IMG/VR virus record: IMGVR_UViG_3300032116_000009
Length of the DNA stretch: 64,000 nt
Source: a virus
Lineage: Duplodnaviria > Caudoviricetes
Strand: one strand, 5' to 3'
A program made the translations under genes and the position numbers. The notes under the pieces were generated by a model. It searched no databases. It had not been told where the DNA came from and saw only the letters and a list, made by a program, of their open reading frames with translations. How positions within the stretch are numbered: the stretch's first letter is position 1; each line of letters starts with the position of its first letter. Of this stretch, positions 25,280 through 34,370 are shown one piece after another.

Positions 25280-26566
25280 TCAATCTCTAGATGAATCATA
25301 TTTTTCTCTCGCTTTTGATTCTTTCTTTTCCTTTTCGGTAAATCCATGTTTCATAACTCTTTCGTTATGACGAGTAGCCTTTCTTCTCTGTTCTTCCTCT
25401 GGGGATTCTTTTTCACCCTTTACTTTTGGTTCTTGTCTTGAACCAGGAAAGTTCTTAGAGTGTTCTTTCTCAGCCTTATGTTGAAGGTTAGTAATACCTG
25501 CTTTTAGTCTGGTCTCTTTACCTTTTTTCGCAGCCATAAAGGAAGATTTTGCTTTTTCTGCACGTTCCGCACGAGCCGAATCTCCACGATCAGAACCTTC
25601 TGTATCCATCCTACGTGCTTCAATAATTTCTGCAAACCAAGATTCACTCATATTAAGAATGATTTTATCTGCAGACTCTTCATTTGAAGCATATCCTTCC
25701 TCAAGTAAATGCGAAAGAACTACTTGATAAGTGTTGTAACTTTCATCAATTTCACCCATTGCTTTTTGCTTACGGAGTTTCTTAGGATTCTTGGTTACTG
25801 TACCAGGACCTGGCTTGTGTCCACCAGCAGTGTACTCAACAGCACTATCTCTCGCATAATCTCTGCTATCTTGGTCAAGTTTACCCCTACCAGATTTACC
25901 CAACATACCAGACCATCTTGGTTTAGTAGATTTCTTACCACGATTTCCTGCATCAGGACCATTATCAATTCTCTGAGTATGCTTCTCAATTGCCTTTACT
26001 TTCTTAGTCTTCTCACCTTTCTGAGAATACTCACTTGCGGGTTTCTCACGTCTTGCGATAGCAAGTTTACCCATTGCTTGTCTTGCTTTAGGTGTCTTAC
26101 CGTAAGAACCTTCTGCTTCATAGATATCAAGCATGTCATCCCAAGTGTACTCGGATAGATCATAACCTTCTTCTACAAGAGACTCCACCCAAAGTTCAAA
26201 ATCTTCTTTAGCAAACTCACCCATTGCTTTTTGCTTACGGAGTTTCTTAGGATTCTTAGTAATTCCACCAGGACCCTCTGAAGGATAATCATGACCGCGA
26301 GGAGAACCATGTGCTGCACCTGCTCTTGCTTCCTCTCTATCAGAAGCAGTCATTCCTTTTCTTGGAGAAGTCTCAGGCCTTCTTTCTGCAGGATTAGTTC
26401 TTCTGAGCATTTTCTTGAGGAAAGGCTTTCTCTTTGCAGTCATCTTGGTTTTTGATGCTGCAGCATATGCCTTTGGAGTTTCACCATAAGAACCTTCTGC
26501 TTCATCAAGTTGTTGATTAACTTGGTTATAAGCTTCTGTCAGATTTTGCAGGTCGTTAAAGTCCAT
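25280..26566 (-). CDS. Modular basic/acidic late protein with duplicated module (putative head-internal polyprotein)
   Basis: Likely start MDFNDLQNLTE-A at 26566 after a CTAAATA promoter; two AEGSYG...TKNPKKLRKQKAMGE modules. Confidence 0.8.
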   Translation of the reverse strand: MDFNDLQNLTEAYNQVNQQLDEAEGSYGETPKAYAAASKTKMTAKRKPFLKKMLRRTNPAERRPETSPRKGMTASDREEARAGAAHGSPRGHDYPSEGPGGITKNPKKLRKQKAMGEFAKEDFELWVESLVEEGYDLSEYTWDDMLDIYEAEGSYGKTPKARQAMGKLAIARREKPASEYSQKGEKTKKVKAIEKHTQRIDNGPDAGNRGKKSTKPRWSGMLGKSGRGKLDQDSRDYARDSAVEYTAGGHKPGPGTVTKNPKKLRKQKAMGEIDESYNTYQVVLSHLLEEGYASNEESADKIILNMSESWFAEIIEARRMDTEGSDRGDSARAERAEKAKSSFMAAKKGKETRLKAGITNLQHKAEKEHSKNFPGSRQEPKVKGEKESPEEEQRRKATRHNERVMKHGFTEKEKKESKAREKYDSSRD

Positions 26567-26588
26567 TTTTTTACAAATACTTTGTAAG

Positions 26589-26595
26589 TATTTAG
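26589..26595 (-). promoter_or_regulatory. Late promoter variant CTAAATA
   Basis: tatttag directly after the terminator and 23 nt before the ATG at 26566. Confidence 0.6.
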
Positions 26596-26596
26596 T

Positions 26597-26618
26597 AAAA
26601 AAGAGGGGTTTCCCCCTC
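26597..26618 (-). terminator. Rho-independent terminator
   Basis: GAGGGG-GAAA-CCCCUC-UUUUUU overlapping the vWA gene stop. Confidence 0.85.
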
Positions 26619-28827
26619 AAGCAACAAGATCAATAAACTCACCAAGAATTTTTTTATTCATCTTCTTACTCTTTAGAGACTTTGCGAATGCAGATTTAAT
26701 TTGGGATTTTGTTGCACATTCATGAACATCAAACTCAGAATCTTGAGAAAGTGCCGAACCAGAAAGGCCAAAGTAAGAATGATAACCAGAATTTTTAATT
26801 GAAAAAGATTTATTCTTTTTCCAATCATTCATGATTTTTACATATTCTTTATTGTCTTGAGCATAACCAGAACTATATTCATAATTATCGTAATACTTAC
26901 GAATGAAAGAATTAGCTTCACGATTTTCAAGAACCCGCATACCAATAAAATTCACAGAAGGAAAACGATCACGAAGGTTCTGAAGAAGAGTGTCCGTAAA
27001 TTGATGAAATTCAAATGGTACTTTATAAGTACAGCCAGTTTTACGATCACGAATGAAAGTAGGGTGACTATTAAGAGAGTTCAATCCAATATAAGGTTCT
27101 CCACCATCAACAGAACGATTTTTAAACTCTTTGTGAAACTTCATATAACAAGCTTCACCATCGGTTAAAACTACACATTGAACTTTCTGGAGTTTATTTT
27201 CCTTTTGAAACTTAGGCAAAATTTGATGCATTGCAATCAAAGCTTCATTCAAAGGAGTTCCAGAAAGAAGTAGTCTAGTCGGAGTATTATACATTGGAGC
27301 ATCATTATAAGAATACTTAAATTCTTTAGCAATGCGATAAATGTTAATCATTTGTTCTTCCAGAACACGATTATTTACTTTACTAGTAAAAAGATTCATC
27401 ATGGAAAATGTTTCATCTACACAGATGAGTCCAGATTTCTTTTGATAGTGTGGTTCCATCCTCATAAAGTTTCCCTTTTCGTCATATGTACTACGACGCC
27501 ACTCATTAGTAAATGCATAAACTTCGAAGGGAATAGAAACCTTCTTACAGAACCAAATCAAATTATAAAGTTGTTTGATTGTATCCTGCATCACATTTGA
27601 CATTGAGCCAGACCAGTCCAGGACAAACACTAGGCCATGATTTTTTCCGTTTGCAAGAGTGGTTACCTTACGGAACAAATCTTCATTATACTTATAAGTA
27701 TGAAGTTTAGAACAATCTAGAACACCAGTACGAGCAGTAGTGGAACGAGCGTATGAATCTGCAGCTTTCCGACATTCAAACTCTTTCACCAAGTAGTTAA
27801 CTTCTTTCTGAGCAGAACGTTTGAACTCTCGAAAATCTTTATCAATTTTTCCAAACAAAAATTCCTTAGCATTAGATTGACTCTTACTAAGAGATTCTAC
27901 TGATTTGTTCCACCAATCATTAATTTCATCATGAACTTCAGAATTAGATGCAATGACAGTTTCTAGATTAAGTTTGGGAAGTTCCACATAAACATTTTCA
28001 TACGAAGAGCTGTTGACAAGATCTCGAATAGATTCTTCCAAATTATCTGCAGTATGGACTTTAGGATCAGAAGTCTCTCCACCCTGATTTGAAGTTCCCT
28101 TAGAAGGTTGATCAATATCATCCCCCGATTCACCATCAGAAGGAGTCTGGCCACCTTCACCAGAGGTTTCAAGTGTATTCTGATCCGAATATTCTTCTTG
28201 GGGTTCTGAGGAAGGTTCTGAACTGTTTCCAGAATTTTGTTCCACTGTATCAATAGAATCAATCTTCATTTGTTGATCCTGTTCTTTCTTGCAGTACTCA
28301 TAAAGTTTTACCGCAGCTTGAATCGCTTCATCAAAAGTTTCTGCATCACCAATCATAGTGATGATTTCTTGTTCTTCCTGATTAAACTGTATATCAATGT
28401 AGTTACCAATCTTAAAGTAAAGATTGGCACGATCTGCAAGATTAAACTTAGAAATATCTTCTTCCTTTACTTGGAAAAAATCATCCTCGTGAAGTTCACG
28501 ATAACCCGCATAAAAACACTTATTGAGACCCGCATACCTACGTTTCATCAACTTTTCAATACGAGCATCTTCCGTAACATTCACAAATTGTTGTGGGATG
28601 GAAAACTTTTCACTCCAGTCCTCGTTAGGAGTATAAAGTGCATGACCCACTTCATGACCAACAAGCATATCGTAGACAACGTTAGAAGCCTTCTCCCACA
28701 TCGGGAGAATCAGGACACGAGTATCCACATTGAAAGACGCAGTGGGAACGTGTTTGTGTTCCACCACCAGATCTTCAGTAGCGAGGAGACGGGCAAGATG
28801 ACCTTTGACTTCGTGATTAACAGACAT
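26617..28827 (-). CDS. vWA-domain protein with N-terminal HExxH metallopeptidase-like region (CobT-like partner of MoxR ATPase)
   Basis: GHEVGHALYT, NVTEDARIE, MIDAS DWSGSM, SGTPLNEA and LTDGE motifs; likely start MSVNHE at 28827. Confidence 0.88.
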   Translation of the reverse strand: MSVNHEVKGHLARLLATEDLVVEHKHVPTASFNVDTRVLILPMWEKASNVVYDMLVGHEVGHALYTPNEDWSEKFSIPQQFVNVTEDARIEKLMKRRYAGLNKCFYAGYRELHEDDFFQVKEEDISKFNLADRANLYFKIGNYIDIQFNQEEQEIITMIGDAETFDEAIQAAVKLYEYCKKEQDQQMKIDSIDTVEQNSGNSSEPSSEPQEEYSDQNTLETSGEGGQTPSDGESGDDIDQPSKGTSNQGGETSDPKVHTADNLEESIRDLVNSSSYENVYVELPKLNLETVIASNSEVHDEINDWWNKSVESLSKSQSNAKEFLFGKIDKDFREFKRSAQKEVNYLVKEFECRKAADSYARSTTARTGVLDCSKLHTYKYNEDLFRKVTTLANGKNHGLVFVLDWSGSMSNVMQDTIKQLYNLIWFCKKVSIPFEVYAFTNEWRRSTYDEKGNFMRMEPHYQKKSGLICVDETFSMMNLFTSKVNNRVLEEQMINIYRIAKEFKYSYNDAPMYNTPTRLLLSGTPLNEALIAMHQILPKFQKENKLQKVQCVVLTDGEACYMKFHKEFKNRSVDGGEPYIGLNSLNSHPTFIRDRKTGCTYKVPFEFHQFTDTLLQNLRDRFPSVNFIGMRVLENREANSFIRKYYDNYEYSSGYAQDNKEYVKIMNDWKKNKSFSIKNSGYHSYFGLSGSALSQDSEFDVHECATKSQIKSAFAKSLKSKKMNKKILGEFIDLVA

Positions 28828-28849
28828 GAACTTTGTTTCGTATGTGGCT

Positions 28850-28907
28850 ATATTACATGAAAAAAGGGGTCTGATTAGACCCCTTGTGACACTTTTTAAA
28901 CTGTCAC
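28850..28907 (-). promoter_or_regulatory. Putative early promoter: palindromic box plus extended -10 TG-TAATAT
   Basis: GTGACACTTTTTAAACTGTCAC at 28886-28907, 30 nt upstream of TAATAT. Confidence 0.55.
28860..28884 (-). terminator. Rho-independent terminator after gp46
   Basis: AGGGGUCU-AAUC-AGACCCCU-UUUUU. Confidence 0.8.
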
Positions 28908-30619
28908 ACCATTTTACTAAATCCTTTAATTTTATCAAATTTTATCACTTTTTCAAACTTATCCATAAGATCATCCGTCTTATGTGAAATCACAAATACA
29001 TGAGCATCCTGAATGACATAACGAATAATATTTGTGAAGAAATCTGTTCCTGCTCCGTCTAAAGAACTATCAAAAATTTCATCTAGGATGAGAAGATTTG
29101 TACTGGCCGAATTTCTAAGTTTGGCAATGTCTCTCCAAGTAAATAAGAGAGAAAGGTCAATACGCATCTTCTCACCTTCACTAAATGACTCATAACTAAA
29201 ATCTTCATGAACTGGTGACTTAATAACCTCCTTAAACTCTTCATCCAGTGTAAAGTTGATGTAGAAGTCCATCATCTGTAGATACTTGTTTATCTGCTGA
29301 TTCATAAGAGGCAGATACTTTTTGATGATTTTAGACTTCACTCCACCATCTTTCATCAATGAATGAGCAAAATCGTAGTAACTAATCTGTTCCTTTTCGT
29401 TAGATCTATCTTTTTCTATTTTGTCTAGATCTTTTATTAAGTTTTCAAGGGTTTTACGCTCAGTATTTCTGTTTTGAATTTGTTCGGTAATTTCTTGAAT
29501 TTCATGTCCAAGATTTCTGATCTGTTTGTTAAGCCCAGTAATCTTAACATTGTTTGTGGTAATGTCATTGTTGAGTTTACTAATCTCCGTAGAATAAGAT
29601 AAAAATTGTTGGTCTTTCTCTTGTTCTACATTGATGGCATCCTCCAACTCTCGGTATCCATCATTGAGTTCTTTGGATTTCTCCTCGATATCGACAATCT
29701 TATTTAAGCGAAATTCATTCTCTATACTTTGGGTACAAGTAGGACAAACCGTATTTTCCTGAAAAAACTTATGTTCAGAGACAAGAGTTTGAATCTTTTG
29801 TTCTAGTTTTGCCTTGATAGAATTAAGTTTCTTTAGAGTTGAATTTGTACTAGTAAGTTCTTCCAACTTTGGTTGAAGTTCTTTTTCAATCATCATTGAA
29901 ATTCCTTCATTATCAGTATTCAATTCATCAATTTCATTCTCAATAAATTTAATACTATCTTTTTTCTTTTGGATTCTTTCTTTACCACTTTCATCAAGAT
30001 TCTTAATAAAGTTCTCTTGCATTTCAATCTTATCTTCAATCATGTCTTTCTTGATTGAATATTCACGAATGAGTTCATTTGTTTTACGCATTCGTTCTTT
30101 TAAGATATTGTTCATTGTAGAAAAAATCTTAATGTCTAAAAGATCTTCTACAATTTCCCTACGATGGGAAGAAGTTAATTGCATAAAAGGGACGAATGTA
30201 GCCGAACCTAAGATGACTGTTTGGGTGAAAGATTTATAATTAAGTTTTAAAATATTTTCTTCTAACTTTTTCTGCTGATCTTGAGCTGCAGAGTCTTGAT
30301 TTTGTATTGTCCCGTCAATCCAAATTTCAAAAATATTTGGTTTGATACCTCTCACAACTTTATAATTTTTATTACCAATATCAAATTCAATTTCTACAAG
30401 ACAGTCCTTCTCATTCACAGAATTAATAAGTTGTGGTTTATTAATTTTTCTGAATGGTTTATTATACAAAACAAAAGTAAGAGCATCAAGAATTGTACTC
30501 TTACCGGAACCATTAGTTCCTACAATTAAGTTTGTCTTAGCGTCTTGAAAATTTACTTCGGTAAATTGATTTCCAGTAGAAAGAAAGTTACGCCAACGAA
30601 TCGTTTTGAAAAGTATCAT
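28904..30619 (-). CDS. gp46: Recombination endonuclease SMC/Rad50-like subunit (T4 gp46)
   Basis: GTNGSGKS, coiled coil with CPTC hook, FSEGEKMRID, LILDEIFD and VISH motifs. Confidence 0.97.
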   Translation of the reverse strand: MILFKTIRWRNFLSTGNQFTEVNFQDAKTNLIVGTNGSGKSTILDALTFVLYNKPFRKINKPQLINSVNEKDCLVEIEFDIGNKNYKVVRGIKPNIFEIWIDGTIQNQDSAAQDQQKKLEENILKLNYKSFTQTVILGSATFVPFMQLTSSHRREIVEDLLDIKIFSTMNNILKERMRKTNELIREYSIKKDMIEDKIEMQENFIKNLDESGKERIQKKKDSIKFIENEIDELNTDNEGISMMIEKELQPKLEELTSTNSTLKKLNSIKAKLEQKIQTLVSEHKFFQENTVCPTCTQSIENEFRLNKIVDIEEKSKELNDGYRELEDAINVEQEKDQQFLSYSTEISKLNNDITTNNVKITGLNKQIRNLGHEIQEITEQIQNRNTERKTLENLIKDLDKIEKDRSNEKEQISYYDFAHSLMKDGGVKSKIIKKYLPLMNQQINKYLQMMDFYINFTLDEEFKEVIKSPVHEDFSYESFSEGEKMRIDLSLLFTWRDIAKLRNSASTNLLILDEIFDSSLDGAGTDFFTNIIRYVIQDAHVFVISHKTDDLMDKFEKVIKFDKIKGFSKMV

Positions 30620-30872
30620 ATTTTCGGGGAGGAATCACAAAATCATCAGGAGTTATAATTGCATACTTATAATTATACTGGTGGCAAGTCTTTATTGCAA
30701 GTTCTGGATCAACTTCAACAACTTCCATCTCAGGATAATCTTCAGCTTCTAAAAGACCGGCAAATCTTTCAGCGTCATCTTCATCTTGGAAAAAATATAA
30801 TGTCTTATCGCCATGAGTATCCGAAACAGCATATGCACCGTCTTCTTCTCCATATGGCGTGATCATGTACAT
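30588..30872 (-). CDS. Conserved hypothetical protein between gp47 and gp46
   Basis: Likely start MYMIT at 30872; the position is usual for cyanomyoviruses. Confidence 0.75.
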   Translation of the reverse strand: MYMITPYGEEDGAYAVSDTHGDKTLYFFQDEDDAERFAGLLEAEDYPEMEVVEVDPELAIKTCHQYNYKYAIITPDDFVIPPRKYDTFQNDSLA

Positions 30873-30874
30873 AC

Positions 30875-31921
30875 TTATTCTATTTCGCAAGCTTCTTGAT
30901 AGACCTCTCGCAAAAGAGTTTTGACTTTTTCCTTATCCAAGTCAAAATCAGAGTCTTCTACATATTTATTTAAAATGGTAATAGTATCTTCTATTTTTTC
31001 TTGATCGAAGTCAACATTATCATCATTGACTTCAAAGTTTTCAACAATCTTAATATCAACTACACCAGTCTTATAGATCTTATCCACAAACTTTTCAAAT
31101 AAAAGTTGATCGGATTTTTTGCGAACAATAATTTTAACAATCTTATCTTTATAAGGAGTTGTATTGAAAAGTTTGGGATTATGATCCTCATAATAAATTC
31201 TTTCAAACATATTATAAGGATTTTGAACAAACTCTAATTGAAAAGTTTCAGTATCAAAGAAATTGAATCCTCGTTTATCATCAACATCATTCCAATAAAG
31301 TTGATAGGCATTACCCAAATAAAAAATCTTACCGTTATTAGAACGAGTGTGGTAATGTCCAGAACAAACGATTCTAAACTTATCAAATACACTAATATCC
31401 ATTCCATGTTGTTGAATATTTCCAGGATAAACACTGAATCCATTCAACTCAAGATGACCAAAAGCAGCTTTTGCAGTTGTATCTGAAAGTTTATCTAAAG
31501 TTTCTTGTTGATTCTCTGGAGAAATCCAGGGAATCATAAAGGTTTTAAACCCATCAATTTCATACTCACCGGGACTAGAAATTGGAACAATATTGTCATA
31601 CTCTCTTAACAGGGACTCAATAGAGTTGACTTCATTTGTATTTTTGTAGTACGCATCATGATTACCTACAATCTGATATACGGTTATACCTAGATCTCGG
31701 AATCTATCATATACATTTTCTTTTGCCCAGTTCAAACACCAAAAATCAATTGATTTACGGCTATCAAATGCATCACCAAGATGAATGCAATGTTTGATTT
31801 TTCTCTTTTCTAATTCTGGAAAAAAGATGTCTTCATAAAACTTTTTAAAATAATCATGAAAGGTTTTACTACCTTTTCTAGCCCCATAATGGGTATCTGT
31901 CACACAAGCAATTAATGTCAT
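30875..31921 (-). CDS. gp47: Recombination endonuclease Mre11-like subunit (T4 gp47)
   Basis: Metallophosphoesterase motifs TDTHYG, HLGDAFD, VGNHD, GHLE and SGHYH. Confidence 0.97.
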   Translation of the reverse strand: MTLIACVTDTHYGARKGSKTFHDYFKKFYEDIFFPELEKRKIKHCIHLGDAFDSRKSIDFWCLNWAKENVYDRFRDLGITVYQIVGNHDAYYKNTNEVNSIESLLREYDNIVPISSPGEYEIDGFKTFMIPWISPENQQETLDKLSDTTAKAAFGHLELNGFSVYPGNIQQHGMDISVFDKFRIVCSGHYHTRSNNGKIFYLGNAYQLYWNDVDDKRGFNFFDTETFQLEFVQNPYNMFERIYYEDHNPKLFNTTPYKDKIVKIIVRKKSDQLLFEKFVDKIYKTGVVDIKIVENFEVNDDNVDFDQEKIEDTITILNKYVEDSDFDLDKEKVKTLLREVYQEACEIE

Positions 31922-32397
31922 TGATACATCTTTGTTTGAATTGCATCTTTAATACTATTATACTCTGCAGAATTGAATCCGTCATCATCTACTGTAAATA
32001 CTTCATCATATCCAGATCTTTCGATGATTTTGGAACGAATCTCCATTTGTTTCTTTTCTTTTTGAATTCTCCTTAGAAAAGCATAATGAATAATTTGAGT
32101 AAAATATGCAAATGGGTTTGAAGATTTCTCTGGGTTGAAATTATGGATGTACTGAACACAGTTCTCAATACCATCACAAATCATATCCTCACGGAACATA
32201 TAGTTCACAAAATTTGGTTTATACGATAAGTGAGTTGCAATCTTTAGAAAACATTCCCCGAGATAATTTGTAATACGTGGTTTTGGTTCACCATTTTCTG
32301 CGGCTACTTTAACCTTTCTTTTGTATTCACATATTGCTTCAAGAAATTCTTTGTTATTTACGTAATGTTCTGATCTTTTTCTTTTTGGTGCCTGCAT
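31918..32397 (-). CDS. gp55: Late-transcription sigma factor (T4 gp55)
   Basis: HYVNNKEFL, KIATHLSYKPNFVNY, DGIENC and NPFAYFTQI motifs. Confidence 0.96.
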   Translation of the reverse strand: MQAPKRKRSEHYVNNKEFLEAICEYKRKVKVAAENGEPKPRITNYLGECFLKIATHLSYKPNFVNYMFREDMICDGIENCVQYIHNFNPEKSSNPFAYFTQIIHYAFLRRIQKEKKQMEIRSKIIERSGYDEVFTVDDDGFNSAEYNSIKDAIQTKMYQ

Positions 32398-32429
32398 TTC
32401 ATGAGTCCCTGTTTATATTAAGTGTTCTT

Positions 32430-32458
32430 ATTATAACAGAATGTTCGGCTATTGACAA
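32430..32458 (-). promoter_or_regulatory. Sigma70-type early promoter for gp55-gp47-gp46
   Basis: TTGTCA, 17 nt, TATAAT with extended -10 TG. Confidence 0.75.
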
Positions 32459-32481
32459 TACCCTAGAATATCCGGTACAAT
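32452..32481 (+). promoter_or_regulatory. Antisense sigma70-type promoter candidate
   Basis: TTGACA (32452-57), 18 nt, TACAAT (32476-81); no plus-strand gene follows. Confidence 0.45.
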
Positions 32482-32502
32482 AACTCTGTGGGGTTTCAAA
32501 GA

Positions 32503-32910
32503 TCAGCTATCTTTAATATCTTGGCTCCTATAGAGTTTTTCAAGTCTCTTTCTCGTTTCTGAAACCGAAGCTAGATATCCCATTTCTGGAGTAAGAGGAT
32601 TTTTTGAGTTTTTACTGTCCTTTTGTCTCAAGAATTTGTGATACATTTCAATTGTTTCTTCATCACGAACTTCACTAAGAGTAAGAACTCTATCCATATC
32701 GAGTAAGAAAGTATCATCATCAGCAAACTTAAGCCATGGATCTATTTTGTATCCTTGCATACCAAGCTGTTTCATAACAACAACTTCTATTACAACAGGA
32801 TTGTTCAATATTAACATTGTTCTACCTTCTTCTTCAGATGGGCAAACAATAGAGAATATCTCCTCCCCTGATACTAATTTAATAACTGCATAGAAATCTT
32901 CTTCCATCAT
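32503..32910 (-). CDS. Conserved hypothetical protein downstream of uvsW (Sm-like fold candidate)
   Basis: FYAVIKLVSGEEIFS...LNNPV...PW motif. Confidence 0.8.
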   Translation of the reverse strand: MMEEDFYAVIKLVSGEEIFSIVCPSEEEGRTMLILNNPVVIEVVVMKQLGMQGYKIDPWLKFADDDTFLLDMDRVLTLSEVRDEETIEMYHKFLRQKDSKNSKNPLTPEMGYLASVSETRKRLEKLYRSQDIKDS

Positions 32911-34370
32911 TCTTTTAAGTTTACCTGTACAAACTCGTAGTTAAAATGTTCTTCATTATAAATTTTGACTCTTTCTATCAGATGATTTAGTGTGTAATTT
33001 TTTCTTGAGTTTTTAGTGCAGTCATCAGCAATATCATAAAGTACAGCCTGAGTTTTATTATCACCTTTCCTTAAAACTCTTCCGATTGATTGGAGATTAC
33101 GGATTCTAGACTTCGAAGGTGAAGCAAAAATAACGTTATGTAGATTCTTAATGTTAATTCCTGTACTAAACGTACCATACGAAGCCACAATGATTGCATT
33201 CTGTTCTCTTTCCGTAATCTCTCTGACTAACTCTCTTTCTTCTGCATCTACTCCACCATGAACATAAAAAACCTTACGTCCATCCTTGACCGAATTATTT
33301 ATTGATTCATATAAAGGTTGACCATGAGATTCAACTCTAGAAAAAAGTACAAGAGTATTGCCTTTTAAATCTAAAGCTAGATTTTTAATAAAGTTATTTC
33401 TTTTTGGATGACCGATGATGAATTGAACTTCATCCTCAAAAGTTTGGAATTCTTGTGGATTATGTTTAAGAATAATAATTTTGATTTGAAGTTTGGAAAG
33501 ATGTCCCTTGTCAATTAACTCTTTAGTTTGAGTTACTTTATATGATGGACCAAATAGGCCTTCCAATACCCATTTATGCGTTTGAGTTCCATCAAGTGTA
33601 CCCGTAAAACCGAACCTGTACTTGGTATTATCCATTTTAGTCATAATTCCCACCAGAGATTTTGATTTAAACTGGTGAGCCTCATCTCCAATAACAACAT
33701 CAAATGAGTCGTAGAAGGTCCTAGGAAGTTTATAAATTGATTGCCAGGTGGTTATGACCACAGGGTATTCATTCGTCTTCTCACGACCACTGTAGATGCG
33801 GTGGCAGTAGTCTTCTGCGTTCCATCCATAATCCTGGAAGTCTTTGAACATCTGTTCAACCAGAGACGTTGTGGGGACAACTAGAAGAATCTTTTGATCT
33901 CTTTCTGCAAAGTATCTAACGATCGAATAGATCATCAATGACTTACCCGAAGCAGTTGGAGAAATTAAAAGTTTACGATTATATCTAAGTGCATCATAAA
34001 CTGCATCTACTTGATAGTCTCTGGGTTTATGCTTAGATATTCTAGTCATATAATCTCTTACACCTTCATAAGAAATCATTTCATTTTCTTCTAAAGGAGT
34101 TCCGTAAAATTTATTGTTTTTAAATTCTACTTTGTAGTCCCACTTCTTAGCCCAAGAAACAACTTTATCAAGAAGACCGACATATATTTCCCCAGTATGG
34201 GTTGAAAAAAGACGAATCTTTCCATCCCAATACTTACTTCTATACTGGGGCATAAACTTAGCCCCTGGTACATCAAAAGTAAAATGTTCCGAAAGTTCCT
34301 GATAGATATGTGGTTCCGCTTCTATTTTCAGGAATACTTCGTTCTTTTTCGCAATTACAATATCAGTCAT
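32907..34370 (-). CDS. uvsW: SF2 DNA helicase UvsW
   Basis: PTASGKS, GDEAH, GFTGT and QSIGRVLR motifs; likely start MTDIV at 34370. Confidence 0.96.
   Translation of the reverse strand: MTDIVIAKKNEVFLKIEAEPHIYQELSEHFTFDVPGAKFMPQYRSKYWDGKIRLFSTHTGEIYVGLLDKVVSWAKKWDYKVEFKNNKFYGTPLEENEMISYEGVRDYMTRISKHKPRDYQVDAVYDALRYNRKLLISPTASGKSLMIYSIVRYFAERDQKILLVVPTTSLVEQMFKDFQDYGWNAEDYCHRIYSGREKTNEYPVVITTWQSIYKLPRTFYDSFDVVIGDEAHQFKSKSLVGIMTKMDNTKYRFGFTGTLDGTQTHKWVLEGLFGPSYKVTQTKELIDKGHLSKLQIKIIILKHNPQEFQTFEDEVQFIIGHPKRNNFIKNLALDLKGNTLVLFSRVESHGQPLYESINNSVKDGRKVFYVHGGVDAEERELVREITEREQNAIIVASYGTFSTGINIKNLHNVIFASPSKSRIRNLQSIGRVLRKGDNKTQAVLYDIADDCTKNSRKNYTLNHLIERVKIYNEEHFNYEFVQVNLKE

Noticed and set aside
26567-26620. 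N-terminal extensions given by the ORF track (e.g. 26620, 28938, 34403, 48222, 15226, 429)
   Set aside because: They run through terminators, promoters or upstream genes; downstream ATGs fit the RBS, promoter position and family N-termini better.
21095-28827. Cobalamin biosynthesis (cobS/cobT) as an auxiliary metabolic function
   Set aside because: The motifs only support a generic MoxR AAA+ and vWA pair; there is no cobN or other cobalamin gene in the window.
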